Origin: Vicinamibacterales bacterium | GTDB lineage: Bacteria; Acidobacteriota; Vicinamibacteria; Vicinamibacterales; UBA8438 | DNA: 64,000 nt | Assembly (NCBI GenBank): GCA_965208535.1 | Contig: CBDBOU010000003.1 | Coordinates: 282,623-346,622, forward strand | Direction of reading: 5' to 3' | Shown here: in pieces, positions 19,884 to 29,350 of the stretch | Position numbering within the stretch: position 1 is the stretch's first letter | Layout of the letters: each line of letters starts with the position of its first letter | Notes under the pieces: generated by a model | The model's input: the letters and a program-made list of their open reading frames with translations, nothing else | Told to the model about the DNA's origin: nothing | Database searches by the model: none | Program-made: the position numbers and the translations under genes

Positions 19884-21779
19884 TCACCGGTCCGACCCAT
19901 GCACGAACTGCCGCCCGCCGACCTGCCGGCGCACGGCGGCGGCGATGCAGGACGCCGAGATCCCGAATCGCTGGAGCAGCTCGTCGGGCCGCCCGCTGCG
20001 CGGGATCTCGCGCACGGCGAGGCGCTCCACCACGATGCCGTCGGCCGCCACCGCCTCGCTGACCGCGTCGCCGAGACCTCCCGCTGCATAGTGGTCCTCG
20101 ACGGTGATGAGCCGGTTGCCGGTCCGGCGTGCGGCGTCGACCAGGGTACGCCGGTCGACCGGCTGCACCGAATAGGCGTCGATGACGCGGATCGGGATGC
20201 CCTCGACAGCCAGCAGGTCGTGTGCGCGCAGCGCCTCGAACAGGGTTACGCCAGCCGCCACCACCGTCGCCGCGTCGTCCGCCGATTCGCGCACCACCTT
20301 CGACCCGCCGATCGGGAACTCGTCGTCCGGTTCGTAGATGACCGGCGTCTTGGGGCGAGAGGTCCGGATGTAGACCATCCCGTCGCAGCCGGCCGCCGCC
20401 TCGACCAGGCGCGCGGTGCTGACGGCGTCGCACGGGTAGAGGACGGCGCAGCCCGGGGCGGCGCGCATCATCGCGAGATCCTCCAGCGCCATCTGGGAGG
20501 GCCCGTCCTCGCCAATCGAAATCCCCGCGTGCGAGCCGGCGAGCTTGACGTTCATCCCGCCGATGCCGGCCATCCGTACGAAATCCGATGCCCGCGTCAG
20601 GAAGGCGGCGAAGGTCGACGGGAAGGGGATGGCGCCGCGGCTGGCCAGCCCCATCGCCGCGCCGATCATCGCCTGCTCGGCGATGTAGGTCTCGAAGAAC
20701 CTGTCGGGATGTGCGCGCTCGAACGTCTGGCTGAACGTGGAGTTTCCCACGTCCGCGTCGAGCGCCACGATGCGCGGATCGGCGGCGCCCAGCGCGGCGA
20801 GCGCGTCGCCGTACGCCGTCCGTGTCGCCACTTGGGTCCCCGGTTCGTACGCTGGCGGGGAAGGGAGCCGCGGGGGGACGGATGGGACCGGAACCGCTTC
20901 CGGACGCGGGGGCGGCGGAAGGATGACCAGGGGTGCTGTCTCTGCGCCGAGCCGGGCACGCAACTCGCCGAGCGCGCCGTCCAGGTCCGCCCCGGCCGGG
21001 ATGGGCTTGCCGTGCCAGCCGTCCGTGCCCTCGATCAGCGACACGTCCTTGCCCTTCACCGTGCGGGCGAGAATCATCGTCGGCCGTCCGCTGGTTCCGC
21101 GTGCTTCCTCCAGCGCCGTCACGATCGCGCCGACGTCGTGGCCGTCGACGACGATCGCGTGCCAGCCGAAGGCCTGCCACCGGTCCCGGTAGGCGGCCAT
21201 GTCGTGACCCCACTGCGTGGCCCGGCTCTGGCCGAAGCCGTTGACGTCGGTGACGGCGCACAGGTTGTCGAGTCGATAGTGGTCCGCGACCTGCGCCGCC
21301 TCCCACACCGAGCCCTCCGCCGACTCGCCGTCGCCGATCAGCACGTAGGTGCGGTAGTCCGAGCGGATGCGGCGGGCGTTGAGCGCGATGCCCACCGCCG
21401 CGCAGATGCCCTGCCCGAGCGATCCGGTCGCCACGTCGACGAACGGCAACCGCGGCGTCGGGTGCCCTTCGAGATCGCAGTCGGTCCGCCGGAGCTTCAG
21501 CAGGTCTTCCGGCGGCACGAACCCCGCCTCGGCCCAGGCGGCGTACAGCAGAGGGGCCGCATGCCCCTTCGACAGCACGAAGCGGTCGTTGTCGTCGTTC
21601 TGCGGATCCCGCGGGTCGAACCGCATGTGGCCGAAGAAGAGTGCCGCGACGATGTCCGCCGCCGAGCAGCAGCTCGACGGATGGCCGCTGCCCGCTGCAC
21701 TGGTGGCGCGTACGGAGGCGATGCGCAGACGAGTCGCGACCCGCTCCAGGCCGGGAATATCGGTGGAATTGGAAGGCAC
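19884..21779 (-). CDS. tkt: Transketolase (fused N- and C-terminal halves)
   Basis: 631 aa. The TPP-binding region GSGHPSS..LSKGHA..GSLGQG..GDGE is followed by pyrimidine-binding and C-terminal domains. Confidence 0.9.
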   Translation of the reverse strand: MPSNSTDIPGLERVATRLRIASVRATSAAGSGHPSSCCSAADIVAALFFGHMRFDPRDPQNDDNDRFVLSKGHAAPLLYAAWAEAGFVPPEDLLKLRRTDCDLEGHPTPRLPFVDVATGSLGQGICAAVGIALNARRIRSDYRTYVLIGDGESAEGSVWEAAQVADHYRLDNLCAVTDVNGFGQSRATQWGHDMAAYRDRWQAFGWHAIVVDGHDVGAIVTALEEARGTSGRPTMILARTVKGKDVSLIEGTDGWHGKPIPAGADLDGALGELRARLGAETAPLVILPPPPRPEAVPVPSVPPRLPSPPAYEPGTQVATRTAYGDALAALGAADPRIVALDADVGNSTFSQTFERAHPDRFFETYIAEQAMIGAAMGLASRGAIPFPSTFAAFLTRASDFVRMAGIGGMNVKLAGSHAGISIGEDGPSQMALEDLAMMRAAPGCAVLYPCDAVSTARLVEAAAGCDGMVYIRTSRPKTPVIYEPDDEFPIGGSKVVRESADDAATVVAAGVTLFEALRAHDLLAVEGIPIRVIDAYSVQPVDRRTLVDAARRTGNRLITVEDHYAAGGLGDAVSEAVAADGIVVERLAVREIPRSGRPDELLQRFGISASCIAAAVRRQVGGRQFVHGSDR

Positions 21780-21856
21780 GGGCTGCTCGGCGCGGGAAGT
21801 CTAGCACGCCGGCCGGCGTCCGCTCGGACGCGAATGCGCGTCCCGGTTGGCCAGTC

Positions 21857-23335
21857 TCAGGCCTCCCCTTCCCGCAGGTCCCGCACCGCCAGGGCATAGG
21901 GCGCCGCGTCGACCCCGTAGGCGCGGGCGGCCGCCGTCTGCGCGGCGAGCGTGGCGGTGGCGCGGTCCCGAAACGCGGGATCGCTCGTCAGGTCCGCCAG
22001 TCTCAGGAGCACGCGCGCGGCCTCGCAGTTGGCGGCGAACGGACGTACCCGTTCGCGCAGCAGGCCGATGTCGTCCGGACCGTGGACGCGGTCCAGGAAT
22101 CCGCCCCCCGCCGTGTCCCACAGGTGGTGGAGCGCGAAGTGCATCAGCTCCTGGGCCATGTCCAGGTAGACCTCGCGGCCGGTGAGCTCGTGCAGGTCCA
22201 GCAGCGCTGCGCCGGCCCGGACCTGGTCGGCGAGCAGACCGCGCACCCCCGTGCGTTCGCCGGCCCGGTGGGCGATTCCGCCGCCGCGTTCGTAGGTGCC
22301 CGCCACCACGTGCTCCATCGCGTCGACGGCGAGCTCCAGCAGCGACGAGTCGCCGAGCGACTCTGCCGCCGCGGCGAACGACTGCGCCATGAGCGCCGTG
22401 CCGTCGGCATAGATCGCGCGGTCGACCGGAGGAGGCCCGGCCGCGGGTGCGTCCGCCGCCGCCCGCGGCCGGTAGTTGTCCGGGTAGCGTTGCTGGCTGG
22501 CGAAGAACCCCGCGCGGTCCGGGGTCAGGTTGGCGAGCGTCCGACGCACATAGCCGACGACGCCGATTGCTCGGTCGAGACAGTCATCGTCTTCGGACAG
22601 CAGAAAGAGGCGGAGCGCCTCCGCGTTCACATGGAGCAGCTTTTCCGTCGCCGGCTCGGTCCAGTCGCGGCGCGCACAGTAGCGGAAGATGCCGCCCTCG
22701 AGCTCGTCGTACAGCCCGCCCCGGGCCATGGCGCGCAGCGTTCGCTCGACCACCGTCGCAAACGCCTCATCGCCGGTTTGGGCACGACGCCACGCCAGTT
22801 CCAGAGCGGCCGCGTGCACCCGCTTCGTCCCGGTACCGAAGCCCGCGTGCTGCTCGTCGAACTGGGAAAGAAGATGCTCGCCGAGCCAGGCATCGATTTC
22901 CGACGCGGGGCCTTCGTCCCAAGCGATGGGTGGATGCGGTTCGCCCGTTGCACGCTGCTCGGCTATCGCGTCCCGCTGCTCCTCGAACGCGTCGGCGACC
23001 CGCGGCAACAGGTTGCGCATCCGCTCCGTCGTCGCGAAGGTCTCCCCGCCGAGCACCCGGCCGTCCGGGGTCAGGAAAGCGGTGGTCGGCCACGCGCCGA
23101 GGTTGTAGCGCTCGGCGATGTCCGGGCGCGCGTCCACATCGACGCGGATCGGGACGAACCGATCGTCGAGCAGCTCGGCCACGCGCCGATCGGCGTACGC
23201 GCCGCGCATCATCGCCGCGGTCGCGGGGCACCAGTGCGCGCCGATCGCCAGCAGCACCGGCACCTGCTCGGCGCGCGCCTCGTCGAAGGCGGTTCTTCCC
23301 CACGAACGCCACTCGACGAGCGAGGTCGTCGCCAC
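21857..23335 (-). CDS. Thioredoxin-domain protein, DUF255/YyaL (SSP411-like) family
   Basis: 492 aa. The N-terminal thioredoxin-like region (WRSWGRTAFDEARAEQVPVLLAIGAHWC) is followed by an alpha/alpha-toroid-like C-terminal region. Confidence 0.8.
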   Translation of the reverse strand: MATTSLVEWRSWGRTAFDEARAEQVPVLLAIGAHWCPATAAMMRGAYADRRVAELLDDRFVPIRVDVDARPDIAERYNLGAWPTTAFLTPDGRVLGGETFATTERMRNLLPRVADAFEEQRDAIAEQRATGEPHPPIAWDEGPASEIDAWLGEHLLSQFDEQHAGFGTGTKRVHAAALELAWRRAQTGDEAFATVVERTLRAMARGGLYDELEGGIFRYCARRDWTEPATEKLLHVNAEALRLFLLSEDDDCLDRAIGVVGYVRRTLANLTPDRAGFFASQQRYPDNYRPRAAADAPAAGPPPVDRAIYADGTALMAQSFAAAAESLGDSSLLELAVDAMEHVVAGTYERGGGIAHRAGERTGVRGLLADQVRAGAALLDLHELTGREVYLDMAQELMHFALHHLWDTAGGGFLDRVHGPDDIGLLRERVRPFAANCEAARVLLRLADLTSDPAFRDRATATLAAQTAAARAYGVDAAPYALAVRDLREGEA

Positions 23336-23433
23336 GGGAATCTCCTCACCGGCCGGTGCGGGCGCACGCCGAGGCGCGCGTCGGGAGTTCCCCGCTCATC
23401 CCGTCGCGTGCCGAATGCCAGCCGTCGGCGGGC

Positions 23434-23898
23434 CTACTCCTCGGTGATGTTCGCCTCGATGTCGAGGTCGATGCAGCCGGCCACGCTGTTGGCGGCGGGA
23501 CACCCGGTCGGATGCCGTTCCACGGCGCGCTCGGCCGCCTCGCGCTTCCCCTTCGGGACCTTGAGGTCGTAGCGGACGCGGATGCGCGTGATGCGCAGCA
23601 CCTTGTCGATTGCTTCGATGTCGCCTTCGACGGCGGCGGTGATCTTGTCGGGCGGCGCCGGAATCTCGCGCACCTCCAGTGCGCGTGCAAGGGTGCCGAG
23701 CAGTCAACCGCCGACGGCGCCGACCATGTAGTCGAGCGTCGCGGGCACGTCCTCGTCCGGCTCCACCCCGTAGAACTTCTTGATGCCCCCGTGCACGCCG
23801 AACCGGATCGGCGTGTCGAATCCCTCCAGGAACATCTCGCGGATCGGGCCCTTGACCCGATCGATCCGCATGCGGCTGGTATGTACGACGTCTGGCAC
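23434..23898 (-). CDS. OsmC/Ohr-family peroxiredoxin-like protein with one in-frame TGA at the peroxidatic-Cys position (candidate selenocysteine; otherwise a pseudogene)
   Basis: Track ORFs 23704..23976 and 23434..23673 share a frame and are separated only by TGA (23706..23704). The junction reads DYMVGAVGG-TGA-LLGTLARALEV. A second Cys sits in HPTGCPAANSV. GTG at 23898 is preceded by GGAAGGAG. Confidence 0.6.
23653..23698 (-). promoter_or_regulatory. SECIS-like hairpin immediately downstream of the in-frame UGA
   Basis: Lower stem CGGCACC/GGCGCCG has 6 of 7 pairs. Upper stem CGCGCAC/GUGCGCG is a perfect 7 bp. The apical loop is UGGAG and starts 25 nt after the UGA. Confidence 0.45.
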
Positions 23899-23974
23899 TA
23901 CCGGCTCCTTCCGCCTCCGGCCGCGGTCGCGCGGCGCCGGGCATTCCTCGTCCCCGATGCTACAATCGGGGACC

Positions 23975-24529
23975 ATGCAAGAGTCAAGAATCGGTGTCGT
24001 TTTCGTCCTGTTCGCAGCCGCGCTTCTGCTCGCCGGAAGTGCGCTCCCGGCCGGCGCGCAGGCGCCGAGCTTTCAGGCGGAAGAGGGTCCGGAAGGGGTC
24101 CGCAACTACACCCGCGTAGACGCCACCGTGGCCTGCGCCGGGGCCACCCCGGTCGAGGCGTTGGCCGTGCTGCGGGAGCGGGGCTTCAACACCATCGTCA
24201 ACTTCCGCACCCCGGGCGAGCAGGGGGCCAATATCGACGAGAGCCGCGCGGCGGCCGAGGCGGCCGGGCTCAACTACGTCCACCTGCCGTTCCGCACGCC
24301 GACGGCCGAGATCGCCGAGGCGTTCCTGGAGACGGTGGCCGAGCCGTCGAACCAGCCGGTCTACATCCACTGCGGCTCCGCCAACCGGGTCGGCGCCATG
24401 TGGCTGATCAAGCGGGTCAAGCAGGACGGCTACTCCGTCGAGGACGCGACCGCCGAGGCCGAGGCGATCGGGCTGCGCAGCGTCCCGCTGCGGAACTTCG
24501 CGCTCGAGTACGTCGGCGCGGGCAACTGA
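23975..24529 (+). CDS. Secreted PTP-like phosphatase / DUF442 (Cys-based HCX5R) protein
   Basis: 184 aa within ORF 23780..24529. A signal peptide and the active-site motif IHCGSANRVG are present. TACAAT lies at 23961..23966, 8 nt before the ATG. Confidence 0.75.
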   Translation: MQESRIGVVFVLFAAALLLAGSALPAGAQAPSFQAEEGPEGVRNYTRVDATVACAGATPVEALAVLRERGFNTIVNFRTPGEQGANIDESRAAAEAAGLNYVHLPFRTPTAEIAEAFLETVAEPSNQPVYIHCGSANRVGAMWLIKRVKQDGYSVEDATAEAEAIGLRSVPLRNFALEYVGAGN

Positions 24530-24554
24530 CGGACCTCGGGCCGACCGCGACACG

Positions 24555-26141
24555 GTGGCCGACGATACGGCAGCCAGCGGCACCGTGGCCAGCAACGATC
24601 CGGCGCGCCTCGGCGACATGGACGCCGAGGCGTTCCGCCGGCACGGCCACGCCCTCGTCGACTGGATCGCCGACTACCTGAACGACACCGAGCGCTACCC
24701 GGTCCTGTCCCGGAACGCGCCGGGCGCCGTCCGCGACGCGCTGCCGCCGTCACCGCCCGCCAAGGGCGTCCCTTTCGACGCGATCCTCCGCGACTTCGAG
24801 CGGGTGATCCTGCCCGGGATCACCCACTGGAACCACCCGGGCTTCTTCGCCTACTTCGCCATCTCGGGCGCCGCGCCGGGGGTGCTCGCCGAATTCCTCT
24901 CGGCCGCCCTGAACGTGCAGGCGATGTTGTGGCGCACATCGCCCGCCGCCACCGAGCTCGAAGAGGTGACGCTGGGTTGGCTGCGGCAGCTTCTCGGCCT
25001 GCCCGACGCGTTCGAGGGGGTCATCTACGACACCGCGTCCATTTCGAGCCTGCACGCGCTGGCCGCGGCCCGGCACCGGACGGTGGCCGACGTCCGCACG
25101 CGCGGGCTGGCCGGGCGGCCGGATCTCGGCCCGCTGCGCGTGTACGCCTCCGAGCAGGCCCATTCCTCGATAGACAAGGCGATCATGACGCTCGGGCTGG
25201 GCCACGACGCGCTGGCCCGCGTCCCGGCCGACGCCGAGTTCCGGATGCGGCCCGACGCGCTGCGGGAGGCCATTGCCGCCGACCGTGCGCGCGGCGTGAC
25301 GCCGCTGGCGGTGGTCGCCACCGTCGGCACCACCTCGACCACCAGCGTCGACCCGGTGGGTTCCATCGCGCGCATCTGCGCCGACGAGGGGCTCTGGCTG
25401 CACGTCGACGCGGCCTACGCCGGGGTCGCGGCCCTCGTGCCGGAGACGCGGGACGTGCTTGCCGGCTGCGAGCAGGCGGACTCCTTCGTGGTCAACCCGC
25501 ACAAGTGGCTCTTCACCCCGTTCGACCTCAGCGCGTTCTACTGCCGCCACATGGACACCGTCCGCGACGCCTTCTCGCTGACCCCCGACTACCTGCAGAC
25601 GCTCGAGGCGGTGGAGGTCCGCAACCTGATGGACACCGGTGTCCAGCTCGGCCGCCGTTTCCGCTCGCTGAAGCTCTGGGCCATCCTGCGGCACTTCGGA
25701 TCGGAGGGCATCCGCGGCCGGCTCGCCGAGCACATGCGGCTGGCTCGGCTGTTCGCGGCGTGGGTCGACGAGAGCCCGGACTTCGAGCGGCTTGCGCCGG
25801 TGCCGTTCAGCGTCGTCTGCTTCCGGGCAAGAGGCAGAGGTGCGGCGGCCCCAGCGGATGGCGCCGGCACCGACGGAGGCCCCTCGGCCACCGCCGGCGC
25901 CGACGACACCGGGTCCGAGGAGGCGATTCCGATCGCGGGCGACGTCACTGATGCCGAGACAGATGCCCTCAACGAGCGGCTGATCGAGGCGGTGAACGCC
26001 ACGGGCGAGGTCTTCCTGTCCCATACGCGTCTCAACGGGCGCTTCACCATCCGCCTGGCCATCGGGCACGTACGCACGGAGGAGCGCCACGTGCGGCGCG
26101 CGTGGGACCTGCTGAACGAGAAGCTGCGCACCCTGCGCTGA
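24555..26141 (+). CDS. Group II PLP-dependent decarboxylase (aromatic-L-amino-acid decarboxylase-like)
   Basis: 528 aa. Motifs HWNHPGFFAYF and NPHKW (PLP lysine) are present. The likely true start is ATG 24618 (MDAEAFRRHG). There is a low-complexity Gly/Ala/Asp insertion near residue 440. Confidence 0.88.
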   Translation: MADDTAASGTVASNDPARLGDMDAEAFRRHGHALVDWIADYLNDTERYPVLSRNAPGAVRDALPPSPPAKGVPFDAILRDFERVILPGITHWNHPGFFAYFAISGAAPGVLAEFLSAALNVQAMLWRTSPAATELEEVTLGWLRQLLGLPDAFEGVIYDTASISSLHALAAARHRTVADVRTRGLAGRPDLGPLRVYASEQAHSSIDKAIMTLGLGHDALARVPADAEFRMRPDALREAIAADRARGVTPLAVVATVGTTSTTSVDPVGSIARICADEGLWLHVDAAYAGVAALVPETRDVLAGCEQADSFVVNPHKWLFTPFDLSAFYCRHMDTVRDAFSLTPDYLQTLEAVEVRNLMDTGVQLGRRFRSLKLWAILRHFGSEGIRGRLAEHMRLARLFAAWVDESPDFERLAPVPFSVVCFRARGRGAAAPADGAGTDGGPSATAGADDTGSEEAIPIAGDVTDAETDALNERLIEAVNATGEVFLSHTRLNGRFTIRLAIGHVRTEERHVRRAWDLLNEKLRTLR

Positions 26142-27220
26142 CCGCTCGAACCGTCGGAGACACACCATTGCCCGGACCCCTCGCCGCCGTCGACAGGTTC
26201 CCGCGGGTACGGCTCGGCCACGCGCCGACGCCGCTCGATCCGGCGCCGAGGCTCGGGGCGGCCCTCGGGATCGAGCTGTGGATCAAGCGCGACGACTGCA
26301 CCGGGCTCGCCTTCGGGGGCAACAAGGTGCGCCAGTTGGAGTTCTACCTCGGCGAGGCGCGCGCGCACGGCGCGGACACGCTGGTTACCTCCGGAGCCGT
26401 GCAGTCGAACTTCGTCCGTGTCGCGGCCGGGGCGGCGCGGCAGCTCGGCATGGACGTCCACGTGCAGCTCGAGGATCGCGTGGAAGGAGGCGACGACCTC
26501 TACCGCAGCTCCGGCAACGTGCTGCTCGACCGGCTGCTGGGGGCGACGCTGCATCCGTTTCCGGCGGAAGGGGACGAGGCGGCCGCGGATGCGGCCCTCG
26601 ACCGCCTCGCGGAGTCGCTCGCGGGCGCGGGCCGCAGGCCCTACGTCGTGCACAATGGCATCGACCGCCCGCCGCTCGGCGCGCTGGGCTATGTCGTGGC
26701 GGCGAGCGAGGTGCTGGAGCAGGCCCAAGCGCGCGGCTTCGGGTTCGACGCGGTGGTCTGCGCCTCGGGCGGCGCCCTGACCCACGCGGGGCTTCTGGTG
26801 GGCATGCGGGCGCTCGGCGAGCGGATGCCGGTGCACGGCATCTGCGTGCGGCGCGACGCGCGGGAACAGCGCCTCCGAGTGGCGCGGCGCGCGACGGAGC
26901 TCGCCGCCCTGATCGGGTTTCCGAAGACGTTCGCCGCGGATGACGTCCACGCAAGCGACGAGGTGCACCCGCCGGGCTACGGCCTGCTCAACGAGGCCAT
27001 AGGCGAGGCGATCTCGATGGCGGCGCGGCTCGAGGCGCTGCTGCTCGACCCTGTGTACACGGGTAAGGCCATGGCGGGCCTGATCGCCCTGGTGCGGGCG
27101 GGACGCATCGCCGCTGGCAGCCGTGTGCTCTTCGTGCACACCGGCGGACTGCCGGCGATTTTCTCCTACGCGAACCGGCTCGAACCCTGGCTCGCCAAGG
27201 CGCCGCCCGCCACGCCGTAG
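26102..27220 (+). CDS. ACC deaminase / D-cysteine desulfhydrase family PLP enzyme
   Basis: Motifs TPL..WIKRDDCTGLAFGGNKVRQLEF (PLP Lys) and HTGG are present. The start is uncertain: GTG 26102 overlaps the upstream gene, and TTG 26168 is the alternative. Confidence 0.85.
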   Translation: MGPAEREAAHPALTARTVGDTPLPGPLAAVDRFPRVRLGHAPTPLDPAPRLGAALGIELWIKRDDCTGLAFGGNKVRQLEFYLGEARAHGADTLVTSGAVQSNFVRVAAGAARQLGMDVHVQLEDRVEGGDDLYRSSGNVLLDRLLGATLHPFPAEGDEAAADAALDRLAESLAGAGRRPYVVHNGIDRPPLGALGYVVAASEVLEQAQARGFGFDAVVCASGGALTHAGLLVGMRALGERMPVHGICVRRDAREQRLRVARRATELAALIGFPKTFAADDVHASDEVHPPGYGLLNEAIGEAISMAARLEALLLDPVYTGKAMAGLIALVRAGRIAAGSRVLFVHTGGLPAIFSYANRLEPWLAKAPPATP

Positions 27221-27329
27221 CACGCTCGCGCCGCCAAACCCGGTCGCGAGACTCCGTGTTCGGCCCATCGCTGGACACCCTGTTCGTGGCGAGCCGCCGG
27301 TGCTCGCCTGTTCCGACGGAACGGCGCCG

Positions 27330-27794
27330 TCAGCCGCCGGCGTCCGGCTCGCGCCGCCACGCCTCCCGCCAGCGCGTCGGGTCGCCACCCGGATCCGGCT
27401 CCAGGGCCACCACGCCGTGCGGCGGGAATTCCACATCCTCGCCGACGCGGCCGAGCAGGCGCCGCAGCAGGCGGGCGATGTGCGGCATGTGGCCGACCAG
27501 CAGCAGGTCGCGGGTCTCGCCCGCGAGCCGGTCCGCGAGGATGTCCGATGGGTCGGCCGGCTGCAGGCCGCGGACCATCGTGAAGGCGGCCAGCGGATTG
27601 CACGCCAGCCGGAACGCCTCGCCGGTCTGACGGGCGCGCAGCTTGCCGCTGTGCCAGATCTCGACCGGCGCGACGCCGCGCCCGGCCGCCTCCCGCGCGA
27701 GCCGTTCGACCGCCGCGCGGCCGATGTCCGTCAACGGCCGTTGCGCGTCGATGCTGGAGGGTACCGCCTCACCGTGGTGGACCAGGTAGATCAC
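27330..27794 (-). CDS. sixA: Phosphohistidine phosphatase SixA-like (histidine phosphatase superfamily)
   Basis: 154 aa. The N-terminus (M)IYLVHHGEA matches the RHG-type motif, and LLVGHMP is present. The start is GTG at 27794. Confidence 0.8.
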   Translation of the reverse strand: MIYLVHHGEAVPSSIDAQRPLTDIGRAAVERLAREAAGRGVAPVEIWHSGKLRARQTGEAFRLACNPLAAFTMVRGLQPADPSDILADRLAGETRDLLLVGHMPHIARLLRRLLGRVGEDVEFPPHGVVALEPDPGGDPTRWREAWRREPDAGG

Positions 27795-27894
27795 CGGGGC
27801 TCCTGACCCTCGATCCCGTGCGCGTCGACGCTGGAGGGTACCGCCTCACCGTGGTGGACCAGGCAGATCACCGGGGCTCCTAACCCTCGATCCC
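27742..27894. repeat. 77 bp-period tandem duplication spanning the trkH 3' end and sixA 5' end
   Basis: 27742..27817 and 27819..27894 are 73/76 identical. The upstream copy keeps GTG (27871) and opens a 26-codon mini-ORF (27871..27791). Confidence 0.9.
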
Positions 27895-29340
27895 CCGCCA
27901 GTGCGCGCCCGTCCAGACCTCGGGCCGCAGCAGGGCGAGCACGGTCACCACCTCGAGGCGCCCGATCCACATGGCCGCGGTCAGCGTCAGCTTGCTCGCC
28001 GGGTGCAGCCCGGCGTAGTTGGACATGGGGCCGACCTCGCCGAAGCCGGGACCGATGTTGCCCAGCGTGCCGGTCGTCGCGGTCACCGCGGTCTCGAGGT
28101 CCGCCCCCAGCCCGATGACCACCGCCGTGCAGACCGCGAACACGAGGACGTAGAACAGGAAGAACACCAGGACCGATCGGATGACCTCGTCGGGCACGAC
28201 CTTCCCGCCGAGCTTCACCGGCAGGACGCCGCGGGGATGGAGCGTCCGTCGCAGCTCCAGCAGCGTGAAGCGCCCGACCAGCATGTGCCGCAGGACCTTC
28301 GGCCCGCCGGCCGCGGAGCCGGCGCAGCCCCCGATGAACATCACGGCCAGCAGCACCAGTTTGGTCCGGTCGTTCCACAGCTCGAAGTCGGCCGTGGCGT
28401 ACCCGGTGGTGGTCAGGATCGACAGCACCTGGAACGTCGCGCGGCGCAGCGGCGCGCCGTCGCTTTCGACGGTCCACAGCAGCAGGGCCAGCGAAGCCGC
28501 CGCCAGCGCCACGATGCCCGCGTAGGCGCGGAACTCGTCGTCCCGGAACAGGGCGCCGGGACGGCCGAGCAGCGCCCGGTACTGGAGCGCGAAATTGGCG
28601 CCGGCGAGGAACATGAACAGGCAGATGATCCACTCGATCAGGGCGTTGTCGTAGCCCATGATCGACTGCGCGTTGGGCGAGAATCCGCCCGCCGCGAGCG
28701 TGGTCATGGCGTGGCAGACCGCATCGAACCACGGCATGCCGGCCAGGCCGAGCGCAATCACCTCGGCCGCGGTCAAGCCCGCGTACAGCCGCCAGAGCGA
28801 AGCCGCGGTCTTGCGGATCTGTGGCGCCAGCTTCTCCTCCGTCGGACCCGGCGCCTCGGCGAAGAAGAGCTGGCGGACCTCGCCGGCGAGCCGCGGCAGG
28901 ACGGCGACCACCAGCGCGATCACGCCCATGCCGCCGATCCACTGCGTCATCGCCCGCCAGAAGAAGAGGCCCCGGCCCGGCGCCTCGAAATCGGTCAGGA
29001 TCGTCGCGCCGGTCGCCGTGATTCCCGACATCGCCTCGAACAGCGCGTCGATGACCCCGAAGCCCACCCACAGGTAGGGGATGGAACAGAGCATGGCGAA
29101 GAGCAGCCAGACGCCGGAGACGACCGACAGGCTCTCTATCCGGCGCAGCTCGTCGTCGGCGCCGCGCGAGACATGCAGGAGCGTCTGCCCGATGGCGCCG
29201 GCAAGGAGGCCGCCGATGACGAAACCGGGAATGTCGGCCCATTCGCCGTAGAAGGCGGCCACGAGCGCGGGCGCCGCGAACGCGGCGCCGAACAGCCGGC
29301 AGATGCGGCCGGCGACCTGGGCGATGTTGGTGAATCGCAT
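27880..29340 (-). CDS. trkH: Trk-type K+ uptake membrane subunit TrkH
   Basis: 486 aa polytopic protein. Repeated selectivity-filter-like motifs are present: TATGATI, TLAAGGFS, TTTGYAT and TLGNIGPG. Confidence 0.92.
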   Translation of the reverse strand: MRFTNIAQVAGRICRLFGAAFAAPALVAAFYGEWADIPGFVIGGLLAGAIGQTLLHVSRGADDELRRIESLSVVSGVWLLFAMLCSIPYLWVGFGVIDALFEAMSGITATGATILTDFEAPGRGLFFWRAMTQWIGGMGVIALVVAVLPRLAGEVRQLFFAEAPGPTEEKLAPQIRKTAASLWRLYAGLTAAEVIALGLAGMPWFDAVCHAMTTLAAGGFSPNAQSIMGYDNALIEWIICLFMFLAGANFALQYRALLGRPGALFRDDEFRAYAGIVALAAASLALLLWTVESDGAPLRRATFQVLSILTTTGYATADFELWNDRTKLVLLAVMFIGGCAGSAAGGPKVLRHMLVGRFTLLELRRTLHPRGVLPVKLGGKVVPDEVIRSVLVFFLFYVLVFAVCTAVVIGLGADLETAVTATTGTLGNIGPGFGEVGPMSNYAGLHPASKLTLTAAMWIGRLEVVTVLALLRPEVWTGAHWRGIEG

Positions 29341-29350
29341 GGACGGCCGT

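Noticed and set aside
23434-23976. Treating 23704..23976 and 23434..23673 as two separate small genes.
   Set aside because: They share a frame, are separated by a single TGA, and together reconstitute one OsmC-fold protein. The upstream part of ORF 23704..23976 before GTG 23898 lacks an RBS and lacks conservation-like features.
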